Origin: Bradymonadia bacterium
GTDB lineage: Bacteria > Myxococcota_A > Bradymonadia > UBA7976 > UBA1532
Direction: 5' to 3'
DNA: 64,000 nucleotides
NCBI GenBank assembly: GCA_046290225.1
Contig: JBKAGE010000035.1
Span: forward strand, 96,001-160,000
The translations under genes were made by a program, and so were the position numbers. How positions within the stretch are numbered: the first letter of the stretch is position 1; each line of letters begins with the position of its first letter. Below, one piece after another: positions 51,105 through 59,969 of this stretch. The notes beneath the pieces were generated by a model. It saw only the letters and a program-made list of their open reading frames with translations, had not been told where the DNA came from and ran no database searches.

Positions 51105-53774
51105 TCAGGGCACTTCGAGGCACTCGAAGAACAGGTTGATGTCGCAGATGCCCAGCTCAGCAGTCTCGATGGCACATTGCGCCACGGGATCTGCAGGGTC
51201 CAGCTCACCACCAGGGCATAGAATCTCCTGGCAGAACCCCGGCGGGAAGATCCCGCACTCCTCAACCAGCCCGCAAATCTCCTGGCACGTGGGCACCGGG
51301 TCAAAGCACGCCGCCACAGCCCCGGCATCGCACACGCCATTGTTCACCGCTGCCCCCACACAGGCTGGCAGCGCCTGCAAGAACTCCGGAGGGCTGCTGG
51401 GGCTGCCTGCGAGGCCAGCGCAGTCCACCTGACAGTCACCATCAGCCCCCCAGGGCGCCGGGCATGGTGCAGCGGTCTCACACGCAGTGACACAGGCCTC
51501 AGGGATCACCTCGTCGAGGGCCAGACACGCCTGTATGCCTCGGCACCCAGCCACTTCTATACAAGCAAGCTGTACATCGAGAGGCGCCGGATCAGGGGTG
51601 CACTGGCGCTCGCACAAGAAGACGTCGAGCTGAGGATCACAGGCGAGCTGCCCCTGGCAGAGCGCCTGGCAATCAGCGCTGGGTTGCTCACCCTCGAAGC
51701 CTGTACATGCCGCCACGGCACCGCAGCCCTGTTCGAGACGCACCGACTCGGCGACGCAGGCCGCCTCTGCAGGCAGCACACCCTCGACGCAAGCCGCGGC
51801 GCAGCCCTCGTCGGCCACGCCACACCCCACCGCAGCCTCGCAGTAGGCACCACAGCTCACCTCGGCCTCGAGCGGATCGACACACGCGCGGAGCACATCA
51901 CAGGTCGCCGTGGGGGGGAGATTGGCGAGGCACTCACCGGACTGCAGCCTCAGCGCATCTTCTGGCGGCAGCGCTCGACCACACGACCTCATACATGCCT
52001 CGAGGGTCCGATCTGCCTCAGGATCACACTCGGTGGTGGCCCGGCAATACTGGTAGCAGGGCGTCATCTCTGGCGCCGCCCCGCGTCCGACCTCGTTTTC
52101 GCACTCGAAGACGCTGAACGTGCTGCCGAGGGCCGACTCGCAGACCGGCGCTGCGCCGGTACACGCCACCTGCTCCACCACGAAGGCAGCATCGACCAGG
52201 TGGTTGTCGTCACATCGAAGGGCGCAGCTCTCCACATCACGCTCGAAGCCACATTCGAGGCGGCGATCGCAATACACGTCACAGGCTGGGGGCTCAGGCG
52301 GTGTGCAGGCCGCCATGGCATCGCAGTCATCGCCCGCTTCGGCCACGCAGGCGCGCCATTGTTGCTGTCGCTGAGGCGCGAAGCCTTCCACACACGCTTC
52401 GATGCAGCCTTCTGCATTGCCGGCAGCAGGTGGCAAACCACACCCGTCGAGGGCCCCACACCACTCACCGCAGATGGCCTCAGGGCTCACACCATCAAGA
52501 CAGCCCGTGAGCGCACCACATGTTTGCGCAAAACGACACGCCAGCGCCTCGGTCTGCGCCAGGGCCGGATCTCCACCGAGCCTGAGGGTGTCGACACACT
52601 GCTGATTGCATTGGGCGAGGTTCACATCCTCGGGCAACAGCCCGCACACCGACTGCGCCTCGCACAACGCAGGGCATTGAGCAGCGGCACCGCCATTGCC
52701 GCCTCCTCCACCTTCGAAGCAGCGCTCCAAGGCGTTGAAGTCACACTGACCGTTCACGAGCACCTGGCTCACGGTGCATTCGAGGATCGGCTCGAAGAAG
52801 ATCGGATCTTCTTCCAAGATGAGGCCACATTCGAGCAGGCAATCTTCGAAAATGGGCTGACACTGGCCAATGACATCGCAGAACGCGCGGCAGTCCGCCA
52901 CGGGTGGCGGATCTCCGGGCTCCGGCACCTCGAAACACTCCGCCACGGCGCCGCAAGCATCGCCGGCGATGCGCACACAGCTGTTGCGCTGCTCTCCACG
53001 CAGGCGGGCGAGGGGATCGACCGCATTGATCTGCGCGATGCACTCCGGCACGCAGGTGGCGCGATCTTCGATCCCACACTCCACGGCAGCCTGACAGCGG
53101 GTCCCACACTCTTGATACACGGACTCACCCAGGCAGCCCCAGAATGCCTCCTCCTGGCACACGCCCACGAGAGACTCGCCACAGGCAGAGAAAGCGCTCT
53201 GCCCGTCTGCCTCCCAGCCTTCACAGGTGGCGACACATGTCCCGATCGGATCAGCGAGCCCGCACCCCTCAGCGGCTTCGCACACCTCGGCGCAGGTCAA
53301 CGCGGGGGGCTCGGGCAACGGGCAGAACCGCAGAGTGCCGCAGGCCTCGGCCCCCAGGCATTCGAACCAGACCTCGGGTGCCCCGCTGCTGCTCGACCGC
53401 TCACAGGCGGTGAGGCAGGCCTCGAGGCTGCCCCAGTCACGGGCAATACGCTCGCAGTCCTCGAAGCGTCCGCAGGCCTCTTCACACGAGTCGATTTCCA
53501 CGGGCACGAAGGCATCAGAGGCCATCATCATGTCGGGCGGTGAGGCATCTGAAGGCTCAGCGTCTACATCGATCGCCCCATCGATACGCATCATCGCATC
53601 TGGAAGCACCTCACCGGCGTCAGCCTCCAAGCCCATGTCAGGGCTCAGCGATCCATCAGTCACCACCCGGCCTGTGTCGGGGGTTTCCGGATCAACCTCG
53701 CTGGCTTCTTCCACCGTGCAGCCCCAGGCCAGCAACACCACCCACACCCACCACCGGCTCAACGCGTTCACCAT
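51105..53774 (-). CDS. Large Cys-rich repeat lipoprotein (~889 aa)
   Basis: Start MVNALSRWW...AWGC; many CxxxCxxxxxCG...CxxxC modules. Confidence 0.78.
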   Translation of the reverse strand: MVNALSRWWVWVVLLAWGCTVEEASEVDPETPDTGRVVTDGSLSPDMGLEADAGEVLPDAMMRIDGAIDVDAEPSDASPPDMMMASDAFVPVEIDSCEEACGRFEDCERIARDWGSLEACLTACERSSSSGAPEVWFECLGAEACGTLRFCPLPEPPALTCAEVCEAAEGCGLADPIGTCVATCEGWEADGQSAFSACGESLVGVCQEEAFWGCLGESVYQECGTRCQAAVECGIEDRATCVPECIAQINAVDPLARLRGEQRNSCVRIAGDACGAVAECFEVPEPGDPPPVADCRAFCDVIGQCQPIFEDCLLECGLILEEDPIFFEPILECTVSQVLVNGQCDFNALERCFEGGGGGNGGAAAQCPALCEAQSVCGLLPEDVNLAQCNQQCVDTLRLGGDPALAQTEALACRFAQTCGALTGCLDGVSPEAICGEWCGALDGCGLPPAAGNAEGCIEACVEGFAPQRQQQWRACVAEAGDDCDAMAACTPPEPPACDVYCDRRLECGFERDVESCALRCDDNHLVDAAFVVEQVACTGAAPVCESALGSTFSVFECENEVGRGAAPEMTPCYQYCRATTECDPEADRTLEACMRSCGRALPPEDALRLQSGECLANLPPTATCDVLRACVDPLEAEVSCGAYCEAAVGCGVADEGCAAACVEGVLPAEAACVAESVRLEQGCGAVAACTGFEGEQPSADCQALCQGQLACDPQLDVFLCERQCTPDPAPLDVQLACIEVAGCRGIQACLALDEVIPEACVTACETAAPCPAPWGADGDCQVDCAGLAGSPSSPPEFLQALPACVGAAVNNGVCDAGAVAACFDPVPTCQEICGLVEECGIFPPGFCQEILCPGGELDPADPVAQCAIETAELGICDINLFFECLEVP

Positions 53775-54005
53775 GACCAACCTCCTCCTCTCGCTTCTGA
53801 CGACCCCGGTGCACCCAACATACCAAGAGGTCCCAGACTGTAGACACCTCCCACAGGTGTAACCGTGTCGCCTACAGAGATCGGGAATATTACGGAGTGG
53901 TGGTGCCTGAATGACTGCCCACGAGGGGGGGTCTGTTGCGGGTGTCAGGGCGAGCACGACTTGCCCGAACCAATACTCAGAAAACAAAACTTTGAGAGGT
54001 ACACC

Positions 54006-54791
54006 ATGACTCGCTTCAACACCCGTTTCGCTGCGCTCCGCAACCCCCTCACCATCGTGCCTGCCCTCATGGCCATGGCCCTGATCGGCTGTGATGTACA
54101 GGACGGCGACGACTCCACCTGGGGTCAGAACAGCAACTGGGACACCAATGAGAGTCCCCCTGAGACTGTCGATCCTGGTGGTGGTGCCGAGGAGGGCACT
54201 GAAGAAAACCCTGAAGAGAGCGCCAACAATGGCACCACCGAGGGCGACTTCGTCTATGTGGTGATTCGAGACGTCTCCGAGGGCTACAACGACGAAGGCA
54301 CCCCCGGCGTCGACATCTGTGGCGTGTCGTTCGTCTGTGACGACGGCACCGAGGGCTGGGCCTCTCGTGCTGAGCTCGACACCGGTGCTGGCTTCATCTG
54401 TGGTGAGGATGACCTTGAGTGTTTGGCTGATCGCGGCGATGCCATGGCCGCCATCGGTCAGCCGGAGGCCTTCTGCGAGCCCCGCTCGGTGCCCAGTGAG
54501 TACGTCTCCCTCGGCGTCGGCGGTGAGCTGACCCTGCGCATGATGGTGCCCGGTGATCCCGGCGCACTGGAGGCCCGTGGCGGGCTGGCGGGCTGTACCC
54601 TGGTGGTGCACGAGCTCGACGGCATGACCCACGAGGCCTACACCGTGAACGTGTGTGACTCCGCTGCTGGCGACAACTGCCAGAGCGAGAACCCCATGGT
54701 GATGGCCAGCAACGGCGGCTCTGTCTCTGTGGAGGTGCCCATGGCTGCCCCCGAAGAGACTGAAGACGAGATGGTGGCCGTGAACGACTGA
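54006..54791 (+). CDS. Acidic Cys-containing lipoprotein
   Basis: GAGG RBS; LIGC lipobox; TPGVDI and YVSLGVGG. Confidence 0.75.
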   Translation: MTRFNTRFAALRNPLTIVPALMAMALIGCDVQDGDDSTWGQNSNWDTNESPPETVDPGGGAEEGTEENPEESANNGTTEGDFVYVVIRDVSEGYNDEGTPGVDICGVSFVCDDGTEGWASRAELDTGAGFICGEDDLECLADRGDAMAAIGQPEAFCEPRSVPSEYVSLGVGGELTLRMMVPGDPGALEARGGLAGCTLVVHELDGMTHEAYTVNVCDSAAGDNCQSENPMVMASNGGSVSVEVPMAAPEETEDEMVAVND

Positions 54792-54837
54792 ACGACTCAC
54801 GACGCTCACATTTTCGACCGCCTGACGTCAGATTTCT

Positions 54838-54891
54838 GAGGGGATGGCCGGGGGTTTCTGCTTCCTCCCCTGGGCATCCCCTCTTCTTTTT
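54838..54891 (+). terminator. Rho-independent terminator
   Basis: gaggggatg...catcccctc stem followed by ttcttttt. Confidence 0.7.
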
Positions 54892-54972
54892 GTGCCGCTG
54901 TACAGCTGCGAAAAACCCAAGCCCGAAAATTGCTATAACCCTCCCAGCGAGTTCGACACGTGAGGAGGACGC

Positions 54973-56679
54973 ATGGCCCGCAACACATTCACATGGCTGA
55001 TGTGCTTGTCGTTGATGGCCCCCCTGTGGGGCTGTGACGACGAAGAAGAAGGTGGTGACACCGGTGGCGCCGGCGGCGCCGTCGCAGGCTCTGGCGGTGA
55101 AGCTGGTGGAGAGGCCGGCGCAGGCGGTGCCGTAGCAGGCTCGGGCGGCGACGTCGGTGGATCGGGCGGTGCGGTCGCCGGTGCAGGTGGCGATGTTGGC
55201 GGATCTGGCGGCGCAGTCGGTGGATCTGGCGGCGAGCCCGGTGGCGCCGGTGGCGCCGTCGGAGGCGCTGGTGGTGAGCCTGGTGGTGCCGGCGGCGCAG
55301 TAGGCGGATCTGGCGGTGAGCCCGGAGGTGCCGGTGGTGGCATGGGTGGCGCCGGTGGCGTACCTGGAGGCGCTGGCGGCGCTGGCGGTGAGCCCGGAGG
55401 TGCCGGCGGCGGTATGGGTGGCGCCGGTGGCGGTGGCATGTGTGAAGACATCCCCGTCTTCAGCCCCGAAGATCCAATGTACGATCGCTATGAAGGCACC
55501 GGCGCCAACAACGCCTGCCGCCAGGACGCCGACTGCATGCCCTCCGGCTGCAGCGGCGAGGTCTGTGCCGCAGAGCCCGTGGCCTCTACCTGTGAGGCCA
55601 TCGCCCCTGCCGGCGGCGCATGTGGCTGTGTCGAAGGTCAGTGCATCTGGCACACCAACGAATGCGGTGGTGGCTGCGACGACGCCGATGGCGACGGCAC
55701 GTGCAATGATGCCGACAGCGACTGCAACGCCGACGGCACCCCCTTGATGTGCCGTCGGGTCGCCCCCGAATGCCCCCCGGGCACCGTGCCCGAGATCACC
55801 AACGGCTGTTACACAGACCGCTGCGTCACCTGGGCGGAGTGTGGCGGAGATCCGGGCCCCGTGGCCTGCGCACCTGTGGTCGAAGGCGAGTTCGGGCTGT
55901 GTGATGCCATCCTCGGCTGGGCACCCAGCGGTGTGGCGGGTCAATGCATTCAGGTCTCGGGGTGTGGCTGCGACGAGGGCTGTGAAGGCCGCGTCTTCGA
56001 GACCGAAGCCAGCTGCCAGCGCGCCTGTGGCGGTGGTGTCGATCCCGGCGGACAGATGTGTGGCGGCTTCGCCGGGCTCGAATGTCCCGACGGCCAGCAG
56101 TGCATCGACGATCCCAATGACGATTGTGATCCACGCAACGGCGGCGCGGACTGTGCGGGCATCTGTGTCGAAGGCCCCGCCATGTGCTCACCGATTCGCC
56201 CCGGCGAGTATGGCGATTGTCGCGCCGTCATCGGCTACGGCATCGGCCTCAACGGTCAGTGCCAGGCCATCTCCGGTTGTGGCTGTGACGAGACCTGCGA
56301 GGGTCGAGTCTTCGAGAACGCCGCAGACTGTGAGCGTGCCTGTGTCGATCCTCTGCCCCCGCAAATGTGTGGCGGCTTCGCAGGCTTCGAATGCCCTGAG
56401 GGCCTGATCTGTGTGGATGATCCCAACGATGAGTGTGATCCCGCGCAGGGCGGCGCTGATTGTATCGGCATTTGTGTAGAGGATGACTCACCGGCCCCCA
56501 ACCAATGTGCGGCGGTGCAGCCCGGTGAGTTCGGGCTGTGCGAGGCGGTGCTCGGATGGGGGATCAACCCCCGAACGGGCACGTGCAGCGTGGTTTCAGG
56601 CTGTGGCTGTGACGAGCGTTGTGATGGCCGGGTCTTCGAGGATCAAGCCAGCTGCCGAGAGAACTGCGAGCTGCGATGA
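54973..56679 (+). CDS. Lipoprotein with Gly-rich linker, eight-cysteine-cluster-like domain, three Kunitz-like repeats and two CGGFAG repeats
   Basis: LWGC lipobox; C..DADC..SGCSGEVC; G.C.A..G[WY]...C...SGCGC...RVF....C...C three times. Confidence 0.78.
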   Translation: MARNTFTWLMCLSLMAPLWGCDDEEEGGDTGGAGGAVAGSGGEAGGEAGAGGAVAGSGGDVGGSGGAVAGAGGDVGGSGGAVGGSGGEPGGAGGAVGGAGGEPGGAGGAVGGSGGEPGGAGGGMGGAGGVPGGAGGAGGEPGGAGGGMGGAGGGGMCEDIPVFSPEDPMYDRYEGTGANNACRQDADCMPSGCSGEVCAAEPVASTCEAIAPAGGACGCVEGQCIWHTNECGGGCDDADGDGTCNDADSDCNADGTPLMCRRVAPECPPGTVPEITNGCYTDRCVTWAECGGDPGPVACAPVVEGEFGLCDAILGWAPSGVAGQCIQVSGCGCDEGCEGRVFETEASCQRACGGGVDPGGQMCGGFAGLECPDGQQCIDDPNDDCDPRNGGADCAGICVEGPAMCSPIRPGEYGDCRAVIGYGIGLNGQCQAISGCGCDETCEGRVFENAADCERACVDPLPPQMCGGFAGFECPEGLICVDDPNDECDPAQGGADCIGICVEDDSPAPNQCAAVQPGEFGLCEAVLGWGINPRTGTCSVVSGCGCDERCDGRVFEDQASCRENCELR

Positions 56680-56681
56680 CC

Positions 56682-57087
56682 TGAGCGGACGGCCGTGCCT
56701 TTGGCACCGCCTGTAGCGGACGGCCGTGCTGCGCACCGCCTGTAGCGGACGCCTGCTTCGGCTTCGCCTTGCAGAGCTGTAGCGGACGCCGAGTCTGCCT
56801 TCGGCAGCCTGAGCTGTAGCTTTTTAAGAGACTTTTGGTGTGGCTGGTGGGTTTCTCAACCCAGGTAGGGGCTTACGCCGAAAGTGGTGCGTCAGGGGCC
56901 AACAGCATCTGCGGTAGATGAACCCACACACACCCCCCTCAACTGATCTTCAAAAAAGCTACAGGGAATTTGCCGGAGGCAAATGAGCGTCCGCTACAGC
57001 TCTCGCCAAAGGCGAGGCGTCCGCTACAGGCGGTGCGCAGCACGGCCGTCCGCTACAGGCGGTGCCAAAGGCACGGCCGTCCGCTCA
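56682..57087. repeat. Composite palindromic element (REP/REPIN- or MITE-like) with 73-bp perfect terminal inverted repeats
   Basis: 56682-56754 is the exact reverse complement of 57015-57087; CTGTAGCGGAC units each followed by a short hairpin, mirrored on the two arms. Confidence 0.9.
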
Positions 57088-57099
57088 AGGCACTGTCGC

Positions 57100-58305
57100 T
57101 CAACGAAACAGCGATTTGATCTTCCCTACGAGCCCTCGCTTCACCGAAGCCCCCACCATGCTCGCCGCTTCATTGGCCACCGACTGACCCAGGGCAGCAG
57201 CGCTCGCCCCGACATTCTCTGCAGCGCGCTCGGCAGCGCTCACGGGCACGCCCCCACGCGCCACCACTCGGGGCACTGGTCGCTCCGGCTGCTCCCACTC
57301 TTCTGAGAGATGCTCCGCGAGGGTGTTCACCAGTGAGGTGAAGTCTTGAATCTTCGCCTGCAAGAACACGCGCTCGGGCACGCGCTGGTTCTGAATCGGG
57401 GCAAAGGCCGCCTCGAGCTTGCCGAGCTTCTCCTGGGCGCGGTTGAGGCACAGCTCCATGGCATAGCGTACCTCGTCGGTGTAGCGCTCGAGCTCCATGA
57501 GCAGCTCTGCGGCGTTCTCGGCGTCGCTCACGGTCTCATCGTCGTGACGCTCCAGGATCTCCACGAGCACCGGCACACAGCGCAGGTAACCACGGGCTTG
57601 GGGTGTCTCGTCGAAGTCAGCGATTTGATACATGTTCGCCAGATGACGGGCGGCGAGCCAGCGGGCCTCTCGTGATTTGCTGTCGAGATCGGCGAGGCAC
57701 TGCTCCGGGGTCAGATCTTCGGAGTCTTCGTCGTCGTCATCGACATCGCGGGTGGCTTTGTCGGCCACCAGCATCGCCGCCACCTGATTTTGCATGTTCT
57801 GCTGAAAATTCGGGGTGTATTTGGCGTACAACTCGCCGTACTGCGTGGTCAACTTGAAGGTGGTGTCTGCCGCCATGGCAGCATTCCAGGCGTTCTGAGC
57901 GCGCTGATAGCCCGCATGATCGAGCCCGAACTCGGCCACCACCTGCTCAAACGGCTCACCACCAGCGATGCGGGCAGAGATCGCGGCATATTGCTCGAGG
58001 GTGATGCCTTCGAGCACGTCCTGACTCATATCGCGTACGTCACCGAAGTGCGCCTGAGTGGCCCCTTGCTGCATGAGCATGGAGAACTTCGCCTGCAACT
58101 GCCCTGTGGGATCAGCCTCGAAGCGCTCGTACCACACATTGTAGGCCGTCCAGAAAGTGTGGCTGTTCATACCCAGGGACTGATTGAGGAACTGCTCGAA
58201 ATGCCCTGCAGCTTCAGCGTCACCGTATTGAGCCTGCAGCTCACTGTATTTGGCCATGCCCTGGGCCGCCATCTCGAGAGTCACACCGTGGATCGCTTCA
58301 CTCAA
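57100..58305 (-). CDS. Hypothetical protein with two DUF6620-like repeats and a helical C-terminal region
   Basis: IHGVTLE... and LEGITLEQYAAISA...W...M.AD.TF....YG repeats; TTG start inferred. Confidence 0.6.
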   Translation of the reverse strand: MSEAIHGVTLEMAAQGMAKYSELQAQYGDAEAAGHFEQFLNQSLGMNSHTFWTAYNVWYERFEADPTGQLQAKFSMLMQQGATQAHFGDVRDMSQDVLEGITLEQYAAISARIAGGEPFEQVVAEFGLDHAGYQRAQNAWNAAMAADTTFKLTTQYGELYAKYTPNFQQNMQNQVAAMLVADKATRDVDDDDEDSEDLTPEQCLADLDSKSREARWLAARHLANMYQIADFDETPQARGYLRCVPVLVEILERHDDETVSDAENAAELLMELERYTDEVRYAMELCLNRAQEKLGKLEAAFAPIQNQRVPERVFLQAKIQDFTSLVNTLAEHLSEEWEQPERPVPRVVARGGVPVSAAERAAENVGASAAALGQSVANEAASMVGASVKRGLVGKIKSLFR

Positions 58306-58450
58306 AACTGAACCCTTGTACAGCAAAACAATAAATCGAGGTGACCATAGCGGTCGCCATGGGTCCCGGCAAGACACACCCTTACTCAAGTGACTCAAAT
58401 TGGCCAAAGCACCTGCCGATAACATGAGGGGTCTGAGGAGTGTTTGTTTT

Positions 58451-59926
58451 ATGCAGTCAACTGGGCAGCTCAACCTGAAGCAGTCGGGCATTAAAGTGCT
58501 TGTGGTTGAAGATGACGAGGTGGACCGCGCCCTAATACGAAGGACGCTGGAGCAAACCACACAAGGTTACGTCATCACCGAAGCGACAAGCTGTGTCGAA
58601 GGTTTGGTGCTCATCGGTGAGCAGACCTTCGATTGTGTATTGCTCGATCTCAACCTCACCGACGGCGAGAGCATCGATGTGCTCATCGCTTTGGAAAAAT
58701 CCGACAACATGTGTCCGGTGATCATCCTCACCGGTGAGGAGACGACCGATGCACGGCGTCACGAAGTCTTCAGCCGCGGGGCTCAAGACTTCCTCGAGAA
58801 GCAGACCCTGAGCCCTGCCATGCTGAGCCGGGCTCTTGAGGCGGCCATCGAGCGTCACAACCACCTGCAGCACATGCAGCGCGATCGCAAAACCTACGAG
58901 TGGCTGGCCACGCAAGACCCGCTCACGGGCCTACTCAACCGCAGAGGCCTCGAGCGCACTGTGGAGCGCCTGCACAGCGAGCTGAGACCTGACCAGACCC
59001 TGCCGTTTCACGTGTTGCTCGTCGATTGCGACGACTTCAAGGGCATCAACGGCCAGTACGGGCATGCTGCGGGTGATCGCGCCCTCAAGTGCATCGGCGC
59101 TCAGCTCCGGGATCAGGTGCGGGCAGGTGATGTGGTCTCCCGCATCGGCGGAGACGAGATGATGATCCTGCTCAACCAGCATGATCTCAGCGGTACCCTG
59201 AGAACGGCCGAGCGGCTCAGGCGCGCGATCTCGGAGACGTTGATCACCTGGGACGACTCTGTGTTCCGACTCACTGTGAGCATCGGGGTGGCCCCCTACC
59301 CTGCCGGCGTGCAGTCGGTGACAGAGCTGCTCAAGATCACACAAAAAGCCCTGGCATCGAGCAAGGGCGCCGGCAAGAACTGCGTGCACGTGGCCCCCCA
59401 AACGGCGAGCGACGGCGAACCCGAGCGGTTCGAAGACTACCTGCAGGCCAAGATCGCCCAGGCTGCGCAGGACGGTGAGATCTTCGTCGAAACACCTACG
59501 CCGTTTCTTCAGACTCTCGATCCGATGCGCTGCCTCTCGACGCTCGACCCCTCGGTCTGTCAACGTACGGTGCTCCGGATCCCTGCGCGGGATTTGATCC
59601 ACTCCCGAGCCCTGGAAGCGCGACTCGCGCCCTTGCGTGCTGCGGGCGTGACCATCGAGCTGGATCTCGAAGCGCCGGACGACATCAGTCATCTGCTGCA
59701 CTTTCTGCCCGATCGCCTTCACATTCCGGATCACATGATCGACGGGGTGAGCGAGCATTCGGAGGCCCGACAGACGCTGGAGCGCCTGGTCCTCATCGCC
59801 GAGCGTCTGGGCGTACGCGTCACCGGTGAGCTGGTGAAGAACCACTCGGATCGCGCCATCATAGAAGACTTGGGGGTGAGTACACCGATGCCGCTCTCGG
59901 GTCTGCAGATGCGGAAATCTCCGTAG
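58451..59926 (+). CDS. Response regulator diguanylate cyclase (REC-GGDEF plus degenerate EAL remnant)
   Basis: VLVVEDD, LLDLNL, DPLTGLLNRR, DCDDFKGIN..YGH..GD, RAGD I-site, GGDEM. Confidence 0.88.
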   Translation: MQSTGQLNLKQSGIKVLVVEDDEVDRALIRRTLEQTTQGYVITEATSCVEGLVLIGEQTFDCVLLDLNLTDGESIDVLIALEKSDNMCPVIILTGEETTDARRHEVFSRGAQDFLEKQTLSPAMLSRALEAAIERHNHLQHMQRDRKTYEWLATQDPLTGLLNRRGLERTVERLHSELRPDQTLPFHVLLVDCDDFKGINGQYGHAAGDRALKCIGAQLRDQVRAGDVVSRIGGDEMMILLNQHDLSGTLRTAERLRRAISETLITWDDSVFRLTVSIGVAPYPAGVQSVTELLKITQKALASSKGAGKNCVHVAPQTASDGEPERFEDYLQAKIAQAAQDGEIFVETPTPFLQTLDPMRCLSTLDPSVCQRTVLRIPARDLIHSRALEARLAPLRAAGVTIELDLEAPDDISHLLHFLPDRLHIPDHMIDGVSEHSEARQTLERLVLIAERLGVRVTGELVKNHSDRAIIEDLGVSTPMPLSGLQMRKSP

Positions 59927-59969
59927 GGTCCCGCTGCTGTGCAGCGGAATTCATGCTATCCCCCCATCC

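Noticed and set aside
53775..54809. N-terminal extension of the 1234-aa ORF
   Set aside because: It is antisense to the real lipoprotein gene at 54006-54791; the lipoprotein signal begins at 53774
56847..56927. Hammerhead ribozyme on the minus strand (gtgggtt-catct...agatg-ctgttgg...gaaacccac)
   Set aside because: The core reads CUGUUGG rather than CUGANGA and stem II does not close next to GAAA
56682..57087. CRISPR array interpretation of the repeat-spacer pattern
   Set aside because: Repeats are only 11 bp, spacers are 18-26 bp and self-complementary, the two halves are inverted, and no cas genes are present
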